From an uncultured Planctomycetales bacterium (GTDB taxonomy: Bacteria; Omnitrophota; Gorgyraeia; Gygaellales; Profunditerraquicolaceae): DNA of 27,114 nucleotides. The stretch lies in the NCBI GenBank assembly GCA_964421615.1, contig CAYQXW010000001.1:1-27114 (forward strand), written 5' to 3'. The notes under the pieces were generated by a model. It was not told the origin of the DNA. It saw only the letters and a program-made list of their open reading frames with translations, and searched no databases. A program made the translations under genes and the position numbers. Of this stretch, positions 17,727-26,200 are shown piece by piece (position 1 is the first letter of the stretch; the number at the start of each line of letters is the position of its first letter).

Positions 17727-18386
17727 ATGATTAAATTAATAAATATAATAGTCTTTTTTATGTTTTTTGCGTCTCCTGTTTTTGCTCAAACAGTTACGCA
17801 GCCGGAAAAAATAATAATTTTTATTACGGAACAGAGTATTGATAATAGTAAATTTTCTTGGTGGATTAATGAAATGGATTATTCTGTAAGCGAAAAAGAG
17901 ATTGCTAATAAGCTGGAGGCAACAGGTTTTCAGGTTATAAATCCTGTGAGTTTATTAGATTTATTGAAGAACGAAAAAGTATTTAAGCCACGCAATGGAA
18001 CTGATGCGAGTTTTTTAAAATTGGCGAGTAAGTCTGGTGCGAATTTAGCAATTATTGGACAATCCATTGTATCTTTAAGTAAATCTGGGTCTAATGCTGA
18101 TACTCGTACTTGTTTTGCAAATGTTACAGGCAAAATAATTAATGTTGATAACGGTCAAGTTATTGGGTTTATAGAATCTTCGTCTAGCGCTTTAAATGTA
18201 GATATTGTTTTGGCGAGTAAGGATTCTTTGTTTAAGGCTATAGATGTTTTTAATTCCAGGATAATAGATAAGTTGAAAAGTGTATTTAAGAAGGAAGAAA
18301 GAGCAGAAGATAAAAACAATAATGAACCCAATTTAAGTGGCGATGTAATCGTTGGTAATATTACTGGGAATGTAACTAAGATATGA
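17727..18386 (+). CDS. Secreted hypothetical protein, probable CsgG/FlgT/TolB-N-like alpha/beta domain
   Basis: Signal peptide (...ASPVFA|Q). The pattern IANKLEATGFQVIN...ASKSGANLAIIGQ...ANVTGKIINVDNGQVIG is typical of that fold class; the fold assignment is inference. Confidence 0.6.
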   Translation: MIKLINIIVFFMFFASPVFAQTVTQPEKIIIFITEQSIDNSKFSWWINEMDYSVSEKEIANKLEATGFQVINPVSLLDLLKNEKVFKPRNGTDASFLKLASKSGANLAIIGQSIVSLSKSGSNADTRTCFANVTGKIINVDNGQVIGFIESSSSALNVDIVLASKDSLFKAIDVFNSRIIDKLKSVFKKEERAEDKNNNEPNLSGDVIVGNITGNVTKI

Positions 18387-19063
18387 TTAAAAATGTGCTT
18401 AAGTTATTGTTAATAATTTTTTTTATTGGTGGATGTGCAACTGTTCCTAAAAATGCAGCTATTGTTGATAAATCTCAAGATAAATCATTATTGCCTGTAT
18501 ATTCTGGTTTAAAATCACGGATTACTATAGCTGATTTTGAACTTAAAGCTGCTAAAGCTTCTAGTGATATAGGATTTGGATTACGAGAGATGTTAGTTAA
18601 TTTATTAATCAATAGTAATAAATTTTCTATTATTGAAAGACAGAATTTAGTAGGTAATGGTAATAAAGATAAAGTTGAAACTGCAGATTTAATTGTTTCT
18701 GCCAGTGTTGTTGAATTTGAACCTCAAGCTTCAGGTGGTAGCGCTGGAGTTGGAGGTGGTGGTGGAGTCAATAGTGGATTATTAGGTGGGTTGTTGGGTG
18801 CGTCTTTAAGTAAAGCGCATATGACTTTAGAGATAAAAATTGCAGATGCGGTTACATCTGAAATTGTTGCGACGACAAGTATTTCTGGTCGAGCTACGGA
18901 TATGAATGGTGATATTATGGGGGGAGTTATTACTAATTGGAAGTTAGGATCAGGGTTAGATGTTTTTGCTAATTCTCCTATGGAAAAAGCGATCAGAATT
19001 TGTATAATTGAATCAATGAGATATGTTACGCAGAATATTCCGTTAAAATATTACAAATACTAA
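18383..19063 (+). CDS. CsgG/HfaB-family lipoprotein
   Basis: Lipobox IGG|C, RITIADFE, GLREML...NSNKFSIIERQNL, ADLIVSASVVEFE, a Gly-rich hairpin, LEIKIADAVTSEIV, SPMEKAIR. Overlaps the upstream gene by ATGA. Confidence 0.8.
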   Translation: MIKNVLKLLLIIFFIGGCATVPKNAAIVDKSQDKSLLPVYSGLKSRITIADFELKAAKASSDIGFGLREMLVNLLINSNKFSIIERQNLVGNGNKDKVETADLIVSASVVEFEPQASGGSAGVGGGGGVNSGLLGGLLGASLSKAHMTLEIKIADAVTSEIVATTSISGRATDMNGDIMGGVITNWKLGSGLDVFANSPMEKAIRICIIESMRYVTQNIPLKYYKY

Positions 19064-19080
19064 AAGAAAGAGGTAGGAAA

Positions 19081-19161
19081 ATGGGAAAGAGAAAACGTAG
19101 AGGAAAATTGAACTGGCGTTCTAAAAAAGCAAATAAGGGAAGAAAACCTAATTTAGGATAA
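19081..19161 (+). CDS. 26-aa highly basic peptide MGKRKRRGKLNWRSKKANKGRKPNLG, bL37-like small ribosomal protein candidate
   Basis: GAGGT/AGGA RBS at 19070-19078, ATG 19081, TAA 19159-19161. The SKKANKGRKPN end resembles the SKANHGKRPN end of actinobacterial bL37 as I recall it. Not in the ORF track. Confidence 0.7.
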   Translation: MGKRKRRGKLNWRSKKANKGRKPNLG

Positions 19162-19185
19162 TATTCACGTCAGAAAATAATTTAG

Positions 19186-19233
19186 AGGAAGTCTTAATTA
19201 GGGGTATCCCTTTTTAAGATTTCCTTTATTTTT
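19186..19233 (+). terminator. Long hairpin (terminator-like, or an operator) between the peptide gene and feoA
   Basis: AGGAAGTCTTAA (19186-19197) pairs with TTAAGATTTCCT (19214-19225, one G-U), plus an inner AGGG/CCCT stem with a GTAT loop, followed by TTATTTTT. Confidence 0.55.
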
Positions 19234-19245
19234 ATATTGTAGCCT

Positions 19246-19479
19246 ATGAGAAAATTAAGCTTAGCAGAAATTAAACCTAAACTAAAAGCGCGTATTGTTG
19301 AAATAAATCTTTCAAAAAATTTACAGGATAAACTGATGAGTATGGGAATTTATCCTGGCAAAGAGGTAGTCAAAATTAGCCAGTTTTTAATGCGTGGTCC
19401 TATTGCTTTAAGAGTTTCGAGGACAGTTTTAGCTTTAGGATATAGCACTGCTAGTAAAATAATTTTAGAGGTAGAATGA
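19246..19479 (+). CDS. feoA: Ferrous iron transport protein A
   Basis: 77-aa SH3-like pattern KLMSMGIYPGKEV...RGPIALRV...LALG, directly upstream of and overlapping feoB. Confidence 0.9.
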   Translation: MRKLSLAEIKPKLKARIVEINLSKNLQDKLMSMGIYPGKEVVKISQFLMRGPIALRVSRTVLALGYSTASKIILEVE

Positions 19480-21203
19480 TTAAGAAGATTTATTTAGTCG
19501 GTAATCCTAATGTCGGAAAAAGCCTTGTTTTTTCGCGATTAACTGGCGTTCATACTGTTGTGTCTAATTTTGCAGGGACTACTCTTGAAGTAACGAAAGA
19601 TTTGATTGAATATGAATCTGCAAAAATTGAAATTTTAGATTTGCCTGGTATTTATTCTTTAGAAGGGGAATCTAAAGCGGATGAATTGGTGTCGCAAGTT
19701 TTAGCTAAAGAAAATAAAGATGAAGTTGTAATTTTTAATGTTATTGATTCTACTAATTTGGAAAGAAATCTTTATTTGACTTTACAGCTTTTAGAGCAAG
19801 GTTTTTCTTTAGTTTTATGTTTGAATATGTGTGATGAAATGAAGCATCGCGGTATTCAGATTGATATTGAAAAAATGCAGGAGATTTTAGATGTTCCGGT
19901 TGTTTTTACTTGTGCGGTTACAGGCAACGGTATAAAAAATATTATAGATAAAATTAAGCAAGCTAAAAAAAAGGAAGTTGTTTCTAGAACTCATGAACAG
20001 CGTTGGGTAGAAATAGGAAAAATTGTAGAGTCAGTTCAGAAATTAACACATAAACATCATAGTTTTAGAGAAGTTTTAGAGGATATTTCAATTAATCCAT
20101 ATACTGGCTTTTTAGTTGCAGGTGTTGTTTTGTTTTCTTCTTTTAAAGTAATCACTTTGTTCGCGAAGTTTTTAATCGAAAAAATTTTTGATCCTTTATT
20201 TTTTGATTTTTATCAGCCTGTATTAGTTAATTTAAGTAATTATTTAGGCGGAGATGGTTTTTGGCACCATTTATTTATAGGGGATTTAATTAACGGTAAA
20301 ATAGATTTTGAACAATCTATGGGTGTGTTAACGACTGCTCCTTATATAGAAATCGCAATGGTTTTGCCATATATTATATCTTTCTATATGGTTTTGAGTT
20401 TGTTGGAAGATATTGGGTTTTTACCGCGGTTTGCATTGCTTTTAGACAATATTTTTCATAAACTTGGACTTCATGGTTATGCGATTATTCCTATCCTTTT
20501 AGGGTTTGGGTGTAATGTTCCTGGTATTATCTCAACACGTATGCTTGAATCTAAGCGCGAAAGATTTATTGTATCTGTGTTAATTTCTATAGGCGTACCG
20601 TGTGTTACTTTACAAGCGATGATTTTAGGACTACTCGGGAAAATTTCCGGATTTTATGTTGCTGGTGTTTATGGAGTTTTATTTTTTTTATGGTTAGTAT
20701 TAGGGTTTTTCTTGAATAAAATAATGAAGGGTGATAGTCCAGAATTGTTGATAGAGATCCCTTCATACAAATTTCCTCCAGTATGGTTATTGCTGAAAAA
20801 GATTTTTAGTCGAATTTTTGGTTTTTTGCTGGAAGCTTTTCCTTTAGTTCTATTGGGAGTTTTATTTGTAAATATCCTATTTTATTTTAATCTATTAAAT
20901 GCTGTTACAAATATTTTTTCTCCTGTTATTCAAGGTTTATTTGGTTTACCAAAAGAATCTGTTATCGCTTTAGTTATGGGGTTATTAAGAAAAGATGTTG
21001 CAGTGGCTATGCTTGTACCGTTGCATTTGAGCGCTAAACAACTTTTTATTTCGGTTACTTTACTTGCAATATCATTTCCGTGTATCGCGACTTTTATCGT
21101 GTTGTTAAAAGAATTAGGGATTCGTTATTTTTTAAAAGCAGTTCTTTTAATGGTAGGGATAGGTATTATTGTAGGTGTTGTTCTTAATTTGGGGATAAGA
21201 TAA
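19476..21203 (+). CDS. feoB: Ferrous iron transporter B (short, 575 aa)
   Basis: G1 GNPNVGKS, G2 NFAGTT, G3 DLPGIYSL, G4 NMCD, gate motifs LEDIGFLPR, GFGCNVP and PCVT, and FPCIAT. Confidence 0.93.
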   Translation: MIKKIYLVGNPNVGKSLVFSRLTGVHTVVSNFAGTTLEVTKDLIEYESAKIEILDLPGIYSLEGESKADELVSQVLAKENKDEVVIFNVIDSTNLERNLYLTLQLLEQGFSLVLCLNMCDEMKHRGIQIDIEKMQEILDVPVVFTCAVTGNGIKNIIDKIKQAKKKEVVSRTHEQRWVEIGKIVESVQKLTHKHHSFREVLEDISINPYTGFLVAGVVLFSSFKVITLFAKFLIEKIFDPLFFDFYQPVLVNLSNYLGGDGFWHHLFIGDLINGKIDFEQSMGVLTTAPYIEIAMVLPYIISFYMVLSLLEDIGFLPRFALLLDNIFHKLGLHGYAIIPILLGFGCNVPGIISTRMLESKRERFIVSVLISIGVPCVTLQAMILGLLGKISGFYVAGVYGVLFFLWLVLGFFLNKIMKGDSPELLIEIPSYKFPPVWLLLKKIFSRIFGFLLEAFPLVLLGVLFVNILFYFNLLNAVTNIFSPVIQGLFGLPKESVIALVMGLLRKDVAVAMLVPLHLSAKQLFISVTLLAISFPCIATFIVLLKELGIRYFLKAVLLMVGIGIIVGVVLNLGIR

Positions 21204-22195
21204 TGAAAGCAATTGCGTTAATTTCCGGTGGGTTAGACAGTATTTTAGCAGCGAAAATAATTAAAGATATGAATATTGATGTTATGGGAGTTTATTTTAG
21301 AACTCCTTTTGATATGCTTGATAAGGGGGCTGTGACTAAAGAAGAGTATATCCGTAATTTGACTTCTCAACAGTCGATAGATTTTCAAGTTATAGATTTA
21401 GGGCAGGATTTTTTGGATATGGTTAAAAAACCTAAACATGGGTTTGGCGCAAATGTTAATCCGTGTATTGATTGTCGAATTTATATGTTAAAAAAAGCTA
21501 AGCAGATGATGCTGGATACAGGTGCATCTTTTTTAGTTACCGGAGAAGTTTTAGGCCAGAGGCAGATGTCTCAGCATTTAAGAACGATGTTGAAGATTGA
21601 TAAAGAAGCAGATGTTGAAGGAATAAACTTAAGGCCGCTTTGTGCAAAACATCTTGAGGAAACTATTCCAGAAAAAAATGGGTGGGTAGACAGGAATAAC
21701 TTATTTGATTTTGCGGGTAGAGGAAGAAGAAACCAGATTGATTTAGCGATTACTTTAGGGATTGTAGAATTTGCGCAGCCAGCTGGAGGTTGTTTGTTAA
21801 CTGATGTTCAGTATGCGAAAAGGTTTCGCGATCTTTTAAAGTTCGGTACATATGATTTAAATAATATTGAACTTTTGAAATACGGTAGACATTTTAAATT
21901 AGCAGATAATATTAAATTGATTGTAGGTAGGAATTTAAGAGATAATGATGCAATTACAAGATTATCTGGTTGCGGAAATTTTTTATTGGAACCTCCGGAA
22001 GAAGTTGCTGGTCCGACTGCTTTAGTAATAGGTCAGGCGCAGAAGGAAAATTTAGAGTTGGCAGCAGCGATTGTTTGTCGGTATTGTGATAAAAAAGAGT
22101 TAGTTGTGAGCTGTAAAGATTTATTGAATAACCAGAAAAGTCTTTTTAATGTTGCAGCAATTGATGATTTAAAAGCGCAAGAGTATAGAATATAA
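21203..22195 (+). CDS. ThiI-like PP-loop ATPase (putative tRNA thiolation enzyme) with a C-terminal DUF814/NFACT-R-like region
   Basis: SGGLDS PP-loop, NPCIDC, TGEVLGQR.MSQ, LRPLCAK, PAGGCLLT, GRHF...KLIVGRN. Confidence 0.8.
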   Translation: MKAIALISGGLDSILAAKIIKDMNIDVMGVYFRTPFDMLDKGAVTKEEYIRNLTSQQSIDFQVIDLGQDFLDMVKKPKHGFGANVNPCIDCRIYMLKKAKQMMLDTGASFLVTGEVLGQRQMSQHLRTMLKIDKEADVEGINLRPLCAKHLEETIPEKNGWVDRNNLFDFAGRGRRNQIDLAITLGIVEFAQPAGGCLLTDVQYAKRFRDLLKFGTYDLNNIELLKYGRHFKLADNIKLIVGRNLRDNDAITRLSGCGNFLLEPPEEVAGPTALVIGQAQKENLELAAAIVCRYCDKKELVVSCKDLLNNQKSLFNVAAIDDLKAQEYRI

Positions 22196-22215
22196 AGTAG
22201 ACTTAATTTAAAAAT

Positions 22216-23232
22216 ATGATTAAAGAAGCGTTACTTTATGAAAAACAGGAAGATAAAAAAGTTAAGTGTTTGCTTTGTGCGCATGAATGTTTGGTTGAAG
22301 TAGGCAAATTTGGATTTTGTGGTGTAAGACAGAATTTAGAAGGTAAGCTATATACGCATGTTTATGGGAATATCATTTCTTCTCATGCTGATCCGATAGA
22401 GAAAAAACCTTTGTACCATTTTTTACCTGGTTCAAAAAGTTTTTCTATTGCTTCAGTGGGTTGTAATTTTAGGTGCCATTTTTGTCAAAATTGGGAAATT
22501 TCCCAGTTGCGTAAGGATCAGCAGATAAGTTTGCCAGAAAAAGAATTTACTTGTGAACAGATTGTTGAAGAAGCAGTGAAGTATAGATGTCAGAGTATAT
22601 CTTTCACTTATACTGAACCTACAGTTTTTTTTGAGTTTGCGTTGGATGTTGCTAAACGGTCGTTTGAGCGGAAACTAGCGAATATTTTTGTGACTAATGG
22701 ATTTATGAGTGCAAAAGCTATTGAAATGATTGCCCCTTATTTAAGTGCGGCAAATATAGATCTTAAATTTTTTAAGGACGAATCTTATAAAAAAATTTGT
22801 GCAGGGAAATTGGAGCCAGTTTTAAATTCGATTCGCTTAATGAAGAAACTTGGTATTTGGGTTGAAGTTACCACGTTAGTTGTGCCAAAACAAAATGATA
22901 ATGAAAAAGAGTTGAGGAATATTGCGGAATTTATTGCTGGGGTAGATAAAAGTATTCCGTGGCATATATCTAGATTTTTTCCGAATTATAAGTATGACGA
23001 TTTAAGCGCAACAGGAGATCGGATATTAAAAATTGCTGAAAAAACCGGGCATGAATCTGGATTGAATTATGTTTATGTCGGTAATGCTTATGGTTGGAAT
23101 AATGATACAGTTTGTTCTAGTTGCAAAGAAATTCTGGTTAAAAGAAATGGTTTTACTATTTTAGAAAATAATATTGAGCAGGGTATTTGTAAATTTTGTA
23201 AAAAAGAGATACCTGGTAAATTTAATAATTGA
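22216..23232 (+). CDS. amrS: AmmeMemoRadiSam system radical SAM enzyme
   Basis: N-terminal CLLCAHEC...GFCGVR, DPIEKKPLYHFLPG, CxxxCxxC (GCNFRCHFCQNWEIS), FTYTEPT, WHISRFFP, YVYVGN, and C-terminal CxxC pairs. Confidence 0.9.
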   Translation: MIKEALLYEKQEDKKVKCLLCAHECLVEVGKFGFCGVRQNLEGKLYTHVYGNIISSHADPIEKKPLYHFLPGSKSFSIASVGCNFRCHFCQNWEISQLRKDQQISLPEKEFTCEQIVEEAVKYRCQSISFTYTEPTVFFEFALDVAKRSFERKLANIFVTNGFMSAKAIEMIAPYLSAANIDLKFFKDESYKKICAGKLEPVLNSIRLMKKLGIWVEVTTLVVPKQNDNEKELRNIAEFIAGVDKSIPWHISRFFPNYKYDDLSATGDRILKIAEKTGHESGLNYVYVGNAYGWNNDTVCSSCKEILVKRNGFTILENNIEQGICKFCKKEIPGKFNN

Positions 23233-23257
23233 TTATATTTAACTAAGAGGGGTTTAT

Positions 23258-26200
23258 ATGAAATTAGTCTGGCATCAGGAGATTAACGATGTTGAAGCAG
23301 TGTTGAATAGTAATTCTAACAGCGGGATTTCTAATGTAGAAGCAAAGGCGAGATTAGAAAAGTATGGCCCTAATGTTTTAAAAGAAGGCAAAAAAATAAC
23401 TCCGTTAGAAATATTTATTGACCAGTTTAAAGATTTTATCGTGTGGATTTTAATTGGGGCAGCATTAGTTTCAGGATTCTTAAAAGAATGGGTTGATGCG
23501 TTAGCTATAGTTGCAATTGTGGTTCTTAATGCAATTTTAGGGTTTATTCAGGAATATCGTGCAGAGAAATCATTGGCCGCTTTAAAAAAACTTTCTGCTC
23601 CAAATTCTAAAGTTATTCGCGATGGGAAAAATAAACTGATTCCATCTTCTGAAATTGTTGTTGGAGATTTAGTGGAGTTAGAAGCTGGTGATTATGTTCC
23701 AGCGGATAGCCGTTTGGTTTGGGCGAGTTCGAATTTTGCTACTTTGGAAGCAAGTTTAACTGGAGAATCAACTCCGGTTATGAAAACTTCATTAGCGTTG
23801 GAAGAAAAAGAAGTATCTTTGGCAGATAGGGCGAATATGGTTTATTTAGGAACTTCTGTCTCTAGTGGTAAATCCAGAGCTTTAGTTTTTCATACGGGAA
23901 TGAATACGGAATTAGGTAAGATTGCCGGTATGATACAAGATATTAAAACTGAAGAGACGCCGTTACAGAAAAAATTAGAAGAGTTCGGTAAAAGAATTGT
24001 AGTTATTTGTTTTATTCTTGTGGGATTAGTTTTTATTTTGGGTATTATTCGAGAAGGTATTTCTAAAGACCATCTAATTGAACTATTTTTAACTTCTGTT
24101 AGCCTTGCAGTTGCGGCTATTCCGGAAGGGTTGCCTGCAGTAGTAACTATTGCATTGGCATTAGGTGTGCAGAGAATGGTTAAACGTAATGCGTTAATCC
24201 GTAAGTTGCCTTCTGTTGAAACTCTTGGATGTGCAACAGTTATTTGTTCTGATAAAACAGGGACTTTGACTAAAAATGAAATGACTGTGCAAGCTTTGTA
24301 TACTTTAAATAATAGTTTTAAGGTTACAGGTATTGGTTATAATCCGAATGGGCAAATATTAGCTGGGGATAAAAATATTGATTTAAAAAAATATGTTGAT
24401 TTAGAAAAGTTATTAAGTTGTTCTGTTCTGTGTAATGGTGCGATGTTAGTTGTAGATAAAGATAATACTAAAATTGTTGGTGACCCTACAGAGGCAGCTT
24501 TGTTAACCGTGAGTGCTAAAGTAGATATTTGGAAAGAGAAAGAAGAAAAAAATTATGTTTTTGTAGAGGAAATTCCTTTTGATTCTGAAAGAAAGAAGAT
24601 GACTATTGTAAGAAGAGATAAAAGTGATAATATTTTTGCTTTTGTCAAAGGTGCGCCGGATATGTTGATTAATGATTGTACTAAAATATTGGATAATGGT
24701 TCTATTCGTGAATTGATTGCTCCCGATAAAGAAAAGATATTAAATAAAAATATGGAATTTGCTAATAATGCAATGCGTGTTTTAGCGATAGCATATAGAA
24801 ATATTGATAATCCTCGGGATAAATATGACGTTTGCGCAATAGAGAATAATTTAGTTTTTGTTGGGCTTGTTGCAATGATTGATCCTCCTCGAGATGAAGT
24901 TCGCGAAGCGATTAAAATTTGTAAAAGCGCAGGTATTCGTACAGTTATGATAACAGGTGATCACAAGAATACAGCCGTTGCTATTGCAAAAAGTTTAGGT
25001 TTCTTTCATCAGGAATCTTTAGCTATGACAGGAGAAGAGTTAGATAAAGTTTCTGATGATGAATTGAAAGAAAAAATTGAAAAAATTTCTGTTTATGCGC
25101 GTGTTTCTCCAGAGCATAAGTTGAGAATTGTTAAAGCTTGGCGTAAAAAGGGCCAGGTTGTGGCAATGACTGGCGATGGGGTTAATGATGCTCCAGCAGT
25201 TAAAGAGGCAGATATTGGCGTGGCTATGGGGATTACAGGAACAGATGTAACAAAAGAAGTTTCTGATATGGTTGTAACTGATGATAACTTTGCTTCCATT
25301 GTTTCTGCTGTTGAAGAGGGACGAGGAATTTATGATAATATTAAAAAGTTTATTCATTATCTTTTATCATGTAATACCGGTGAAATTTTAGTAATGTTTA
25401 GTGCTTCTTTATTTGGGTTGCCAATACCATTATTGCCTATACATATTTTGTGGGTCAATTTAGTTACTGATGGTTTACCGGCATTAGCTTTGGGAGTTGA
25501 TCCTGTTGATAAAAAAATAATGAATAGGCAGCCGAGAAAGCAGAATGAACCGGTTATAACTAAAAAGAATATGTTGTTAATGTTGATGCAGGGTGCGTTT
25601 ATTGCATTTTGCAGTTTGTTGGCGTTTTGTTTTGTGATGTATGTTGAAAAAGAAGGGTTAGCTAGAGGAAGAACAGCCGCGTTTATAGTTCTATCTTGTT
25701 CGCAGTTATTTCATTCTTTTAACTGTAGAAGCCAAGTTGAATCATTATTTAAATTAGGCGTTTTTACTAATATGAAATTAATTGCTGCAAATTTTGTTTC
25801 GTTTTCATTGCAGATGATGGTTGTTTATGTTCCGTTTTTTCAGAAAATATTTAAAACTGAAGCTTTAAGTTTGACTGATTGGTTGTTTGTTATTGCAGTT
25901 GCATCTTTGCCTTTATGGGGGATGGAGCTTTATAAAATTTTTGTTAAGACCAAAGAAGAAAATAAAATGGTCATAAGCAATAAACTTCCGGAACTCGCCA
26001 GAGTAGCTGAATTTATTGAAAGCCTGGGCGAAAAATGGGGCGTTTCGCAAAAGGCCGTCATCGACATAAACGTCTGCATGGAAGAACTGATTGTCAACAC
26101 TATATCATACGGTTATCCCGACAAAGGCCGGCACGAGATCGAAATAACCGTCACGCGCGAAGAGCGGGCCATAAAAATAAGGATCGAGGACGGCGGATGC

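Noticed and set aside
477-18133. Antisense and alternate-frame track ORFs (477-677, 4760-5077, 5204-5482, 8723-9049, 8946-9149, 10724-11071, 12880-13083, 15438-15695, 16072-16386, 17930-18133)
   Set aside because: They lie wholly within well-supported genes, have no recognisable motifs or RBS, and are typical shadow ORFs.
19162-19245. Fur or DtxR box, or a known metal riboswitch, upstream of feoA
   Set aside because: No adequate match to GATAATGATAATCATTATC or TTAGGTTAGCCTAACCTAA, and the region is too short and simple for a multi-stem riboswitch. Only the hairpin is reported.
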